From: Aplysia californica
Lineage: Eukaryota
DNA length: 59,227 bases
Assembly: GCF_000002075.1 (NCBI RefSeq)
Contig: NW_004797372.1
Coordinates: forward strand, 248,396-307,622
Direction of reading: 5' to 3'
Position 1 is the stretch's first letter. Each line of letters opens with the position of its first letter. Below, one piece after another: positions 11,741 to 24,899 of this stretch. The notes beneath the pieces are model-generated. The model was not told where the DNA came from, did no database searches, and saw only the letters and a list, made by a program, of their open reading frames with translations. The position numbers and the translations under genes were made by a program.

Positions 11741-13739
11741 TTAAAAAAACCCCAAACAAACAAAAAAGTGAGCAGAGTAAGCCTGATTCTCCGTTTAGAC
11801 TTCTCTGTTGACATCCACCCCTTGGCGCTCATATGACTATTCAGTTGCGAGCGCTGTAAAACCTTACTTAAACTAAACTATAAAAAAAAGACAAAAGAAC
11901 ACGCTCTAACCTGACTTCCCTTGGCACCTTCCTGTGTGTCTGCTGTCTGGCCTCAGAGCTCCGTGGAGCAGTGTGCTTGATGGACGAGGTAGTGAGGCCA
12001 TCCATCAATAACACCACGAACCCCCGGCCCGTGGGTGGTTGGCAGGTGCTCTGGTGTGGTTTGCTCCTTCTTTCCTCTATCAAACATCTGTTGTCCTTCC
12101 TTATATCTCCTCGTTTTTTGTTTGTTACTCTCTTGTAACACCTCTAATCTTCGGCATTTATATGACCTAATTGTGTTGCAAGCACTGTTAAACTCTTACC
12201 AAGCAAACGGACCATGCAGAAGCAGTCAATTTGTGTTTAGTCACATCTGTAGGACAGAACCACGATGGATTTGTCACAAAGCTGATTGCCTTGATAAGCG
12301 TGCCCAGTTTTTCCGAGAGACACAGCGTGAAAGTTTGGATCAAGTGCTGGAGATTTTTATTAAGTTTGAACATCGCTGGTAATTGCTCCGCCTCATCCTT
12401 AGGCCCAGTGCACATTTATTGATACCTTTGATTCATTTGATAATGTGATACAGTCTGGATTATCCTTCATGGAGGGGCAATAGCTGCCATTTTGGCTCGG
12501 TTTGATAAAATCCGCCAAAAACAATGTTTGAATTGGAGGATTTGATAAATTTTCACCAAAATGGTAGTTTTTGCTCATCCAATGAGTGAATTCTAGCTGG
12601 CTCTTGACTCGATTTGACTGGATTCATTTGACAGTTTGCACTGGGTTTTTAGAACGAAAGCAAAGTCTAGGGCAGGTATATTCCTGCAAATGTTTATAGA
12701 GCCTAAAAGGTTCTAAGAAGACTGTTGCAACTTTACCTCTCATGGACAGAACAGGGGTGATGGATTAACCTGAACCTTCTTTTGCCACTTTTCGGGTCAA
12801 ATGCAGTGACAGTGACAGTCTTCATGGGAACAGCAAGATTGCTAAACCTCCTTGTGTCACATTATAGTGTCTTTGTTAATACATGTACTGTTGAACCTGC
12901 TTTTAATTTATGGTCACCGTCTTGTAGAGTCAATCACCTGTAGGAATGTGGGTGGCTGGCGAGTACTCTGGTGTGGTTTGCTCCTTCTTTCCTATAAAAA
13001 AACCTATTCTCTATCTCCCTTCCTTTTTTGTGTGTTATTCTCTTGTAACACTTCTTCGGCACTTATATGACTGTATTGTGTTGCAAGTGCCGTAAAACTC
13101 TTTCTAAAACTAAAAAATTGTAGGAGTGGCCTCTTCCCATCCCCTCTTTTGCGCTTTTGGTACACTATGATTATAATAATGACACTGTAAACTGTCCACC
13201 TCTGTCTAAGTTAAGAGTAAGACGGTTACTTTTCTCCCCAACAATGGGTGAGTGTCTAAAAGTAGGACAATTTTCGCTGTATTAACTCTTGAGAGCCTGA
13301 GCACATTCAACCTTTACTTTACCAAAACTGAATACAGGCCTTTGACTGGGGTCTGCACTGCCTTTGCTCTTCACATTGAATGCACGCTTGAGTACAAACT
13401 GATACCCTTCTGGGTAAAAGCCTGCCTACAGCCAGGCATATATTGCCTTTACTCTGATTTCACCATGTGCATGCTAGAATGTACATAAAATTGTCCATGT
13501 GGGTGGTTGGCGGGTACTGTGGCGTGGTTTGCTCAAACATCTATCGTCCTTATCTCCCCTCCTTCTTTTTTGTGTATTTTACTCTCTTGTAACACATCTA
13601 TTCTTCGGCACTTATATGACCTTATTGTGTTGAAGTGCAGTAAAATTCTTACTAAAACTAAACTAAAACTTAAATAATTGTCCATTGTGGTATGATGCAT
13701 GCTTACTTGTAATTGTTTCCTTTGATCTTTTTATCACAG

Positions 13740-16494
13740 AATCTTTTCAAGGTTGGAGGTCATCTGTTTTATCAGAATGCACGCCAAGATGAGAACGGGT
13801 GAGTGGTTGAAAGTATAGATTGTGCCTCTGTAACATAACCTTCACTTTAAAAAAAACCCCAACCTAATTTGGATCAGAAAATTATTCATGTCCGTTGTTG
13901 TGTCTCATTGATATCACGTTATTTTTAGTTGTGGTGTCAATATGACGCCAAAACATGAAAGTTTGGACCAAGAAGAATGCACGCTTTGGTGTTATGTGTA
14001 CAGTCTCCTATTTCAACTCTTCTGAGAGCATGCTTTAAAGATTTGACGTGGGTGGTTGGCGGGTGCTCTGTTGAGGTTTGCTCCTTCTTTCCTATCAAAC
14101 ATGTATCATCCTTATCTCTCCTCCTTCTATTTTATGTTTGTTACTCTCTTGTAACACCTCTAATCTTCTGGCGCTCATATGACCTTATGTAGTTGCGAGC
14201 GCCGTAAAACCTCCACTAAAACTAAAAACTAAAAAATTTGACAATGTTATATTTGGCAATGAAAAGTAATTTAACAAATTTGTTAGATTTACTTGTGCTG
14301 TTTGAGAGTAAACAGGATGAAAATTGTATCCTAGGTTATGGTTAGAAAGTAGCCTACAAACTAAATCTGTGCAAATACTGTTAAGTTGAGAATTAATATT
14401 ATCTTTTGTATTCTGGTGCTAATGTAATTATACACTTGCCAATTAGTATAACTTTATATAAAATTATATGATCATACCTTGGAACAGCTAAAAAGGAGGT
14501 TCAAGACTGGCTGACTTATTGACCTGGGCTAAAACTGTGTAGAGACTGCTGTCTTAAATTATTTTTATTCTATTTAAATTTAATCAAAGTTTTAGCATTT
14601 CAAGAAATGTTAAACGAAAAGAGGCAGGCTGTTTTCATGTTACCAAGTCATGTACTTGACATGCAAAAGTAGAGTCATAATATTAATATAGTGAAATGCC
14701 TTTGTTTCAGCGTTCAAATTGACAATGTGTCTGGCCGCTTTGAAAAGTGTCTGGAAGAGTTTTACGCCATTTGCGATCAGATTGAGATAAACCTGGTAAG
14801 TACAAGGCATTGTAAAGCTCTGTTTGCTGCTCTTTGGAAAGTGAAACCAGCATTTGGTTTAGATATAAGAACGTAGCACTTTTCTCGTTGTGCGATTTTG
14901 TAGCTGTGCCAGTAACGTTGGGGGCACATGTTGTGTCTGTTGTTTTCACCCAATGACTGCCAATCTGTCGATTTTGCTTTTCGTTTCTATCTCTGTCCCC
15001 ACCTGAGACTGAATAGTATAAGCTCAAATTTTACCTCCAGGGGCAGTGCCACTGACTGTAGTGTCTTTAGGCCATTCTCAAAGGGGGGGACATTTCTCGT
15101 TCAAGCACAGTAGAATTGCAAATGGGCTGATTCATCATGTCACGCTCATAACTGCCTGATCTACAACAGGGAACTGCTGCTTTTTCTTTCCTAATCCTTA
15201 CTATTGTAATTTTCCTCTACTTGTTTTGTATGTTTGTCACTCTCTTGTGACCTGCTATTTTTGGGGTGCCTTGATAGTCGAAGCAGACCTTGTGCTGTTG
15301 AAGCTAGAGAGGTGAGCAGAATAAGTCTGATTCCCTGTAAAGACTTCTCTGTTGACACCCACCCTTTGGCGCTCATATGACCTTATGCAGTTGCGAACGA
15401 CGTAAAACCCTCTACTATAAAAGAAAAAGCTCATATTTTTAGTCTTCTTCTCGTCTTGATCAATGTAATGTTTGTTAGTAAAACTGTAGATAGAGGAGGA
15501 GTGAAAAGATCACAATTCAAACTTTGTATTATTGCAAAGCTCATTTGTGCCTTTACTGGAGATGTGCTGTAAAAATGTTCTTGGTTAATGTTTCTCTGAC
15601 CCCCTCTATTCATCTTTTCGGAGGCCTGCCCCTTCCTGTGTTTCCATTTGATCCTTGGCTGTAGGCTCTCGCTGCTACCCTGTCTAGTCGTTGTCTTGAC
15701 ATTGACAGGCCTAAACCATTCAATTTGTTATAAAATTTGCTCTCATGTAATGCAAGCAGGGAGTTAAACCAGCTAATTCTTTGATAATGTTGATAGAGGT
15801 GTTAAACCCATACACTTATTTAGTGGGTGGTTAGCGGGTGCTCTGGTATGGTTTGCTCCTTCTTTCCTATCAAACATATATATTTATTGTCCTTATCGCT
15901 CCTTTTTTGTGTTTGTGCTACTCTCTTGTAACACCCCTAATCTTTGGCACTTTACATGACCTTATTGTGTTGCAAGTGCCGTAAAACGCTTACTAAAACA
16001 TGCTTAGTAAAACTAACTAATTCTCTGATTCTGATCGTCTCATTGGTAGTGTTAATATATGAACATTCAGCCCATACCCTTACTTTTGAAAAAGAAACAA
16101 ACTGAAAATAAGAGAAAAAGAAAAAGCCCCAAAAACTTAAAAAATGATTGCTTTGTTCCAGAGACTGATCGTCTCGTTGAAAGTTTTGATAAGGCATACA
16201 CTTAGATCTATTTAAAAAAAAACAAAAAACCCATCAAACCCCTTTAGAAAACTAACAAACGTGCTTGTGTTGTTCCAGAGACTGGCCCACGAAGTGATCC
16301 AGCAGGACCGCGACAGCTCCCGCAACACGCCCATCTCCGTGCTGCCGCCCAAGACGGAGCCCCAACAGCCCGAGGGCCAGCTGTACTCCCAGTACCTGTC
16401 CACTGTCAGGGCGCAGATCAACTGTGCCAAGGACATCCGGGACGTCCTTCACGACTGCCTCAAGAACTTCCCCGAGCACTCCTCCCATCCGTGA
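13740..16494 (+). CDS. MED29: Mediator of RNA polymerase II transcription subunit 29, partial; exons 13740-13798, 14711-14795, 16279-16494; first exon not found
   Basis: GT-AG spliced translation NLFKVGGHLFYQNARQDENG-VQIDNVSGRFEKCLEEFYAICDQIEINL-RLAHEVIQQDRDS...YSQYLSTVRAQINCAKDIRDVL matches recalled MED29 motifs (RFDKCLEEFYALCDQLELCLRLAHE; YxQYLxxIKAQISCAKDI). Exon phases are consistent (entered in phase 0, 2, 0). Confidence 0.93.
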
Positions 16495-17848
16495 TCCACC
16501 GCTGAGACTTTTTGTGTATTGAGTTGTGAGACAGCCGGTGTCTGGAATGTGGTGACTGAGAGGTTCTTTGCCGTGGGCCGCCTGAAGACAAGAGTTCTAT
16601 TCTCGAGTGGTGCTCTTTTTTTTAAAAGTTAAAATTAAAATTTTTTTTGGACATGCAGTGTCTCCATCTGTGTGCTGGGAGGTTGTATTTTTCTCAACCT
16701 GATCTGGCCCAGGGTTGAAGCAGCCTGCCTCTCAAATGATCTGAATTGTGTCAAAACTTAGTCACTCTGCACGACATCCCTTCTTTTGGTCCCACTCCTT
16801 GGGCCAAAAATATCACATACTGCTCGAATAAAACTCCCACGGCTGGTTCAGAGCTATTTCGAAATTTGAACTGGGTACTGCAATACTGTAGAACATTACT
16901 AAAGCTGAACTTTTAGTTTTAGTTCCAGAAAAAATATCCCGCTGTAGGCAAGTTCCCGTTATAGGAGTGCAATGGGGAATTACTGAAAAATCAAACACTA
17001 CACACTCTTCTCTTCTTTTACTTTTTGGCCAAGGGCTATGGCACATCACTTTTGGAGTGGCTCACGCAACGCGTCTCTCAGCACGATCTCTCTCTGCCTC
17101 TCCGTTAAACCCAAGCACAGGTAATTGAGTTGACATATATTAAAAAAAACAACTGGAAGGGGATTCTGATAAGGTCCCGCTGTAGGGATGGTGCGCTATA
17201 GTCATGTTCTACTGTATCTGCTAAGTTTACCATCACCTGCAGTAAATTGAGTGACAGACAGAACACCAACATTTGTGGTGAAGTGGCTAGGTGCTGCGCT
17301 GTCGCACGGAGGAGACCCAAGTTTGATTCCTGAGTGGGGAGAAAATTTTTGTCGAGTAGGCCTATCTCTTTCTGCTGAGATTTTGTATCCCTCTTAGCGC
17401 GGATTGACCCTGACAGGCAGGGTTGGAAGCCCAACCTGCCTATTTTTCATTCCCACAATGTTCTCATCAATAAATATGTGTGTGTGAGGGCGTGTAGACT
17501 ATTGTAAAAGTGTTTGAACTCTGCGTTGAGAGCATTTGGGACTGCATAAACTTTGTGCTAGGGATCAAATTTTTCATGACCTCTTGGCATTCCTTTCTTA
17601 AATTGTCGTTGACATGGAGTATCCGATGAATGAGCAGAAATGTTCTCTCTGGCATTTTCTGTGACAAAAAGTGGAGTTCCCTGTACACCTTCATGTTCCA
17701 ATAGACAGTAAGCTTCGACTTTTTAACGAGACCCATCAAGTTTATTGTGAGACCGAATAATGAGTTGAATAAAAGTGTTGATGCTGCCGTTGGTTGAAGA
17801 ATGATAGAGCACGAATGATGGTCTATGAGCACGAATGATGGTCTATGT

Positions 17849-18870
17849 TTAACTCACTGAGCACCTCGCCCCGATTTGCCTCCAAGCCCCAGGGGACCAC
17901 CCATTTCACCCACTTTTTAAAAAATTCATAAAAAATTGAGATGAAATGCTATTTCTTTGAAATTTTCTGTGCTTTTTAATAAGATATGGGTTCAATAGAC
18001 ACAATTAACACATTTTGTGAAGAATGAATGACAAAAAATGTATAGTATGAGACAGAAAGTTGGGTCAAATTTGCCCCAGAAAAAAATTTTTGAAAAAAAA
18101 AAAGGAAATGATGTGACAAAGCAGAAATCTAATAAACTTACACAACGTAGTTGTGGCAGTGTGTGTTTGTGTGTAGGAGAATGCAGCATGAGTGTGTACA
18201 GTGAAGTAGCATAAAAAAGTAAATGATAGGCTAATTATTTTTGACAAATAAAAATAAAAAGATCTAGATCTTCCTTGGTGCCTGGCTGAGAAGTGTTTTC
18301 ATTGTCAGTGCTGTTAATGCTAGGACTAGATCTGTCAATAGATGTTCCAGGTCTGGGTACATATATATATATATCTTCTCCACTTTGAGGGCTGGTTTGA
18401 ACTAGAGTTTAGTACTGGGGCTAGATAGATATCATCCCCAGCCGGACCAGGCTGCGTACTCGCTGACGAGTCAGATTCACGATTGAGAGACGATGTTGGT
18501 CTAGATTTAGGTCTAATGTAATTTTTTTCAGTCATCTTCATCCCTGCTAGGTGAATTCACATTTTGATTTATGAAGTTATCTATCTGATACTTCACTGTC
18601 ACTTAAATCTTCACCAAAATTATTGAGAGTTTCAATAAACCTCGACACTACTCGCCGTGCCATGCTTCGTGTACGAGAAACTACAACGAACTGCGCGGAA
18701 GTTCCTTACTTTCAGTTGTTCAGTCCGTTTGACAAATAACCCATTTATTCGCACTAAAAGTGGTGAATATACACAAACCACAAAGAACTAGCTTGTCGAT
18801 ATCCTGTTTAGACCACTAGGGCTATTTGCAAGCATTTTTAAACTAATGGGTTTACTTTATAGTCAGTTAT
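17849..18870. mobile_element. Probable non-autonomous piggyBac derivative; only one terminus recognisable
   Basis: TTAA+CTCACTGAGCACC...CCCCAGGGGACC resembles the terminus at 21851; the second TIR was not found and the right boundary is approximate. Confidence 0.45.
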
Positions 18871-18899
18871 AGTTAAACCTGCGTACGCTGCGGTCGCGG

Positions 18900-20210
18900 T
18901 CCGCGTTTTGTGGCTCCTTCTGGGGTGGGGTCTAGACGACTCACGAAAAATAATCCAGGAATTAATGAGGCACGCTTGGACCAAGCAGCGGTACAAGTAC
19001 CTCCTCCACTACTTCCCTCGACTTACGCCCGAAGTCGTAGTTGTAGCTGGACAACTGGTTGAACTGATGGACACCACCCATCCCTCCCACTGTTGTAGTT
19101 GCACAACTGGTCGAACTGATGGACACCACCCATCCCTCCCACTGTTGTAGTTGTGGACACTGGTCGAACTGATGGACAACACTTATCCCTCCCACTGTTG
19201 TAGCTGCACAACTGGTTGAACTGATCGACACCACCCATCCCTCCCACTGTTGTAGTTGCACAACTGGTTGAACTGATGGACACCACTTATCCCTCCCACT
19301 GTTGTAGCTGCACAACTGGTTGAACTGATGGACACCACCCATCCCTCCCACTGTTGTAGTTGTGGACACTGGAAGGAATAGTGGTATCGACACGGCCTCT
19401 GGGGGATGTTGCGGGTAACCGCGGTCTTTCTCGCTGAGGAATTTGTCGACAGTATGGAGACAAAGTGTTTGTCCCGCCATACCGTCCCGGCGAGGTGACC
19501 AGACTGCAGGCTCTTGATTTCACTTCACCCCGCGTCGGCGTTTTGGTCTGGTGTAGTCTCAATGGAGCAGGCCACCCCTTCCTATTTGTACGAATAGTTC
19601 CACACGAGTACGTGCTCATTTCTTCAAGCAGATGGTGTACTAGTTTCACCGATGTAAAAAACTGTCGAAATGAAAGTGGTGCCACTTGTGCAGATACCGC
19701 TTGGCGACTCTCGTGACCTCGTGGTATCCAGAGCCATGTGGCTGATCCTCGACGGTTTTGCAGGCGTAGATGTTGAAGTTATCGTTTTGGTCTGGTCTCT
19801 AAAGAGCTGGCCACCCCTTCCTATTTGTACGAATAGTTCCACACGAGTGCGTGCTCTTTTCTTTGAGCAGATGGTGTACTAGTTTCCTCGACGTAAAAGA
19901 ATTGTTGAAATAAAAGTGATGCCACTTGTGCAGATACTGCTTGGCGACTGTCATGACCACGTGGTAGCCAGAGCCATGGGGCTGATCTTAGGCGGTTTTG
20001 TCTGTGTAGATGTTGAACTCTAAAAGATACTCAAGTGACAGCATCAGCTGCATACCAGGCCTTGATACCGCAAGGGTTCGGCTTGCCTCGGATGTACTGT
20101 TTGAAGCTGTCTCCCGGTGAACGGTATCATAGCTTCATCTATGCTGATTTTCTTCGAAGGAAGGTAGTGGTCTTGAATGCTCTGTCATCGTCGTAGTTTT
20201 CTACATGGAA
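18900..20210 (-). pseudogene. Degenerate piggyBac transposase remnant with internal duplications
   Basis: Fragments ISIDEAMI, YSCGTIRTNRKGWP, MGGVDQFNQL and WRRYL...INSWII; a direct duplication of about 240 bp (starts near 19571 and 19810) and a 52-bp tandem array. Confidence 0.8.
19055..19372. repeat. Minisatellite, 6 x 52-53 bp
   Basis: Units start at 19055, 19107, 19160, 19212, 19264 and 19316 (CTGGTTGAACTGATGGACACCACCCATCCCTCCCACTGTTGTAGTTGCACAA). Confidence 0.93.
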
Positions 20211-20737
20211 AATTTCAAAATTTTGCGCAGAATTTTGCGACCATGTCTAAACTTCTTTTTCCATACTGTTTTAAAAATATAAGTACCAATTAATCACAAG
20301 CTGAGAAGTAGCACAAGAGACAGTAAATACCCCCCCCACCAACAATTAGCAACGTACAATCTGTATTTTCGTTTAGAAGCACAAGCTTGATAACATAGAA
20401 TACCAGCAAAAGGTGTGACCCCATAGAAATGAGACACCATTGTATTATTTCAAAATCAGGTGAGCTGTCAGTTTGAGCTATGTCATTGATACATTTGTAG
20501 CGGGTTACACAAACTTTGTACTCTGTTCTTTTGATAACAGGCTGCCAGTGAAGGTCTTTCTAGGATTGGCGTTACATGATCAAACTTTTTCTTTTGAACA
20601 ACCATGCTGCACAATTCTGAGTTATCAGAATTCGTTTGATGGGGAAAGCACTATATATAATGATTTTGTACATGTTTTTCATTAATTTGAAACAAATATC
20701 AAGAACATTTTTGTTTGAGAAAAATGCATTGTATACT

Positions 20738-21313
20738 TTACTTTTTATCAATGTTTAGGCGAACAGTTCCACATACATATATATGTGTGTTAAGCGTTGT
20801 GAGGTGTTGAAAGAGGGCTGGCAACAAGTAGTAGTTATCCATATACAAATGGTGTCCTTTACAAAAAACATCCATCCTTCTCCATAAGCCCACACACAAT
20901 CTTTTCTGTACATCCGGCTGTGTCAGGCTAGCAGCTTCATCCAGGGGTGAAGTTTGTGCACAATAAATATCGAAGTAATAACAGTACCCTGTCGAGGACT
21001 CACAGAGGGTATAAAGCTTTTTCCCCAAGCGATTTAGTTTAGCGGGATTGTAAACTTTGAAGCTCACACGCCCCTTGAAAGGGCAGGTCGCTTCATCAAC
21101 AGCGATGTCTCTTTGAGGAGAATAATCTGACGCAAAGACAGTCTGGTGAACCCATCCGTTTTCAACATCAGCCGGATGGTTGGCATCGTGTTCTGGAGCA
21201 AAATCTAACAAACTAACGTGTGCTGCATTCCGTCTTTCTCTTCCCAAATCTCCACTCTCAAATACTTCAGATTCATCATCAAAATCAGAACTGTCTTGAA
21301 ATACGTCTACCAA
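20738..21313 (-). pseudogene. Internally deleted piggyBac transposase remnant
   Basis: Acidic N-terminus fused directly to IAVDEATCPFKGR...KLYTLCESSTGY...LYMDNYY...CGTVRLN, then truncated. Confidence 0.85.
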
Positions 21314-21854
21314 CTCCGTTGAACTCCCGGTCGTGGAAATCCATCACGCACGAAACAGGTTGGCTGGCTTTGGTGCCCAAGTGGGTCGCAAAGGACATGA
21401 TGCTGCGCCTGATCTTGCCTTTCACGAGACACCGCGAGGGGGGAGCATCTATCCACCGGCTGCGTTGACGCCAGCAAGAATTATTATGTGCTCCTTTTAG
21501 TTTGAGTCACTGGTTCTTGAGAGAAGAGCTCTAGTGCCCTTTTTTTCGCTACAACTGCACTTGGCCTGTGGAAGAACGGTAGGCCAGTTTCGTCCATGTT
21601 CCAAATGGTGTGTGGCTTGTCCTGGAGTCCCACTTGTCATGGACCGTGGTCAGTAGAGAGTTAAAACTCTTGTCAATAACAGCAGTCTCGTTCAGCATAC
21701 AGAAGCGTCTGTTCTCACACGGTTCTTGCTTCCTAATTGTCAGCTCGGGATAACGCTTTTTAAAATCTCGCCAGTAGTCGTTTCCTTCCAGGAATAGCTT
21801 TAGGCCCAAATTGAGTTTTAAGGTTTAGTTTCTTGGCTAATCTCCTCGCTTTAA

Positions 21855-24800
21855 CTCACTCGGGACCAGCCCTATTTTCGGACACAAACCCTTGGGACCT
21901 GGGTTTTAGGAGGGTTTTCAAAAGATTATTTAGTGGTGTTGTTGTTGGGTTACAAAGCTGAAATTTGGCACACTTACAGATACAGCCTTTCTAAACACAG
22001 TGCATTTAACGAAAATCCTCTATGTTGGATACTTTTTTTCCCACGATTTTTCAAAAACACACCCTTTTTGAGAAATTCAAAAAAAAATTTTTCAGCATCC
22101 ATGATACAACCCTGGCTAGGTTGTTACCTATATTTGCTGTAAAAAGACCCTAAAAGTAAAGATTGATAACTGTTATTGTGCAAGGCATGTGTATGCTTGG
22201 AATTCTGGTGAAAAAGAGACTACATTTTGCATCAAAACCCACATGGTTAGCACAGACAGAGGTTGAGAGAAAATACGAGAAGCCTCGTGAAAAAGCAAAA
22301 CAAAACATACATGCAAAAACATGCAGTTTGACTCACCAAAGGCTTGTGTATCCAATAAGTATATACTCCAGTAATCCAGGGGGCAGGGGGTTTAGTTACA
22401 GTACTCCTTCTTTGTGTGGAAGTCCTGAAAGCAGGGGATCACACACAGGGGTACTTTGTGGTATGGGCACCAGAACGACGTCTCTTTCCGCTTCATTGTG
22501 GAGCCCGGTTGCTTCGCCTTCTCATAGCACACCTTGCAACTCCGGGTGGGACGTTTCTTCTTCTCAGTTGAAGGAATGTAGTCCGGGAAGCAACGTGAGT
22601 GAAGGCGGTCAAGCTGTGTGGGAGCTGGGTCCTCGGAATCTCCTGGACTCCTTCTTGCCAGCCCAAGAATTCCTCCGCCATGCCCTGTCCAAGCTTCTGG
22701 ATGAACTTGGAAATCGGCAGAGGCTTCCCACCTGTTGACGTCTGTTTCCTGTTGTACAGGATGGATGCCTGCACCATCATGAGGGTAAACAGATACCCAA
22801 ACAGTTTTTTCCACCATTTCATGGTGCGGCAATGGAAGGGCATATAGACCATGAGTTGGTCGCTGCGGTCTACACCCCTCATGTTGAGAGTGTAATCCTG
22901 GACCACCTGCGGTTTCTCCTTGGTCTGGGCCCTTGATCTCACTGTCACCCTTCTCCGTGGGTCATGCACCGTTGTCAGAAGGTTGACAGACTTTTTATCC
23001 TGCCACCAGTTTGTCTTGCCGTCGGTACGCACTCTCTTCAGTCCTTAGATTTAGCGCTGCCAAATCCTTCGGCATACCAACACGGTTGGCTCTTACCGTA
23101 CCAACAATCATGGTTCCGCCTGCGATCATCTCTTGGTACAAAGCTGGACAGGTGTAGTAGTTGTCCGTGTACAAAATGTACCCTTTGTTCATCAGCGGCA
23201 TCATCATTCGTCGGCACACATCCACGGGTTTGTTGCTGATGGTAGGGTCGCCGGCATAAATTTCAAAGGCACAGACGTACGCGGAGGCACTCTCGCACAG
23301 CATGTACAGCTTGATCCTCCACTTGCTGGGCTTGTCTTTCATGTACACCCTGAACCGCAGGTTTCCCCTCCATGGGCAGATGGCTTCATCGATGACGAGT
23401 TTCTGTTGAGGGGTCACGAGGTCTCGGAAAGTAGCAGAAAGGGGATCGATAATTGGTCGCAGCTTATGGAGAGGGTCATGACCAGTTTCTCGGAGGGGGA
23501 TGTACGTGGTGTTGTCGTTGAGATGCAGGAGGCCAAGAATCTGCATGAAACGGTTCCTTGACATTATTTTGGAGGCGAACGATGTGCGGATGATTTCTGC
23601 CGTACTCCAGTAGTCCTTCAGACAGGGTTTCTTGACCAGTGACATGTGCACCCAGATGGTGAAGAACCCCCACAACTCCTTCAGTGTCACTGTGCTCCAG
23701 TTCTTGTAGAGACTCTCAGGGGGCAGCTGTCTTCGACCCAGCTCTGAAGCAGCGCACCTGTTCGTCTCTGTCTTGATAACTCGTAGGATGTCTGCCGTGA
23801 AGAAGAGACGGAAAAAATCCAAAGGAGTCACGACATTATCTGGTACGTGCACGCCAGGCTGCCCAGTAAAGGGGACCCCAGGAGGAAACCCAGTCAGATC
23901 CTCAGTCCAGTCACCTGAGGTGCAGGCGCAGGTGCCACATCACCAGACGGTCGCATGCGTTTAGGAGGCGGTCCTGCAGACGTTGAAGGTCCTGGGTCGG
24001 CATCGTCGCTGTCCTCATCAGGACCTGAAAGTATAAACATGAATGTTCGAAAAATTTAGACGACTCAAAATAACAGAGCATCAATTTCAATTTTATAATG
24101 CTTGCCTGAGTTAGAAACAGAATCTAAAAATCTACATCTAGATGTAAATAAGAGCAATGATACAGGATCTTGGGCTGACAAAATAAATCTTAGTCTGGAC
24201 CTGACTTGGTACTACGGAATGACTTCAGTTCTAGATCTAGATCTAGTAGAAAATAGCTTGGTAGTGATTCACAAGCACAAAATAGCCTCCTAGATCTAAA
24301 TCTTGATTTTTAGATCTGTACTAAAACAAAATAAAATCTAATGTAGATCTAGATTGTTATCTTTGTCATGATGAAATGAGGTACAAGAAGTAAACACAAA
24401 AAGTAGGCGTGGCATTGTTTACTTCTCGAAAGTGATAGATCTAGATCTAAACTTGCTCCATCAAAAACAAAATTCTCTCCTCAGTCGTGATAGTCAGTCC
24501 CGAGATGCAGTGACAACACCCTATTATCGCCAAGATGTAAATATTTCTCACCTGAATCAAAAAATTCCCCATCAGAATCAGTTTCTTCAACATCGGAGTC
24601 GAGCGTCTGGAAGAACTCAATCACTTCAGTAGCCTTTTTTCGCTGGGGTCGAGACATGATTTGATGTCGATCGAAAAACAAACTTCGAAATCTCCCTCGT
24701 TCGTTGAGAGTCACTCTTCTTTAGGTCACCGGAAGAAGGAATGGATCGAGTACCCGGATATTACAATAAACATGGATAATATATGGGATTGGACGATTTT

Positions 24801-24899
24801 TCGGGTTTTTATTCTCATCACGAGTTCGAGTTAACTCGTGATCGGTCCTCAGGCGACGGGAAGCCATCACGAGATAACTCGTGATTGGTCCCCAGTGAG
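21855..24899 (-). mobile_element. Full-length piggyBac transposon, about 3.0 kb, frameshifted transposase
   Basis: TTAA at 21851-21854 and 24900-24903; TIRs CTCACTCGGGACCA / TGGTCCCCAGTGAG; transposase motifs VIDEAI, LYTDNYY, NMRGVDRSDQ, KWWKK and a Cys-rich C-terminus. Confidence 0.93.
22392..24657 (-). pseudogene. piggyBac transposase, two exons (24657-24552, 24024-22392), about 3 frameshifts
   Basis: Exon 1 MSRPQRKKATEVIEFFQTLDSDVEETDSDGEFFDS ends at G|GTGAGA; exon 2 starts at TTTCAG|GTCCTGATGAGGAC. Frame breaks near 23915, 23005 and 22590 (ORF pieces 22995-23852, 22493-23032, 22392-22832). Confidence 0.85.

Noticed and set aside
12253-12378. Segment encoding RESLDQVL as the missing MED29 exon 1
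   Set aside because: No start Met in that exon-like frame, no DPV-like motif, and the donor would be phase 2, which is incompatible with phase-0 exon 2.
19055-19372. CRISPR-like array or repeat protein (ORFs 18962-19480, 19023-19286)
   Set aside because: No spacers; the unit length breaks frame and derives from a transposase.
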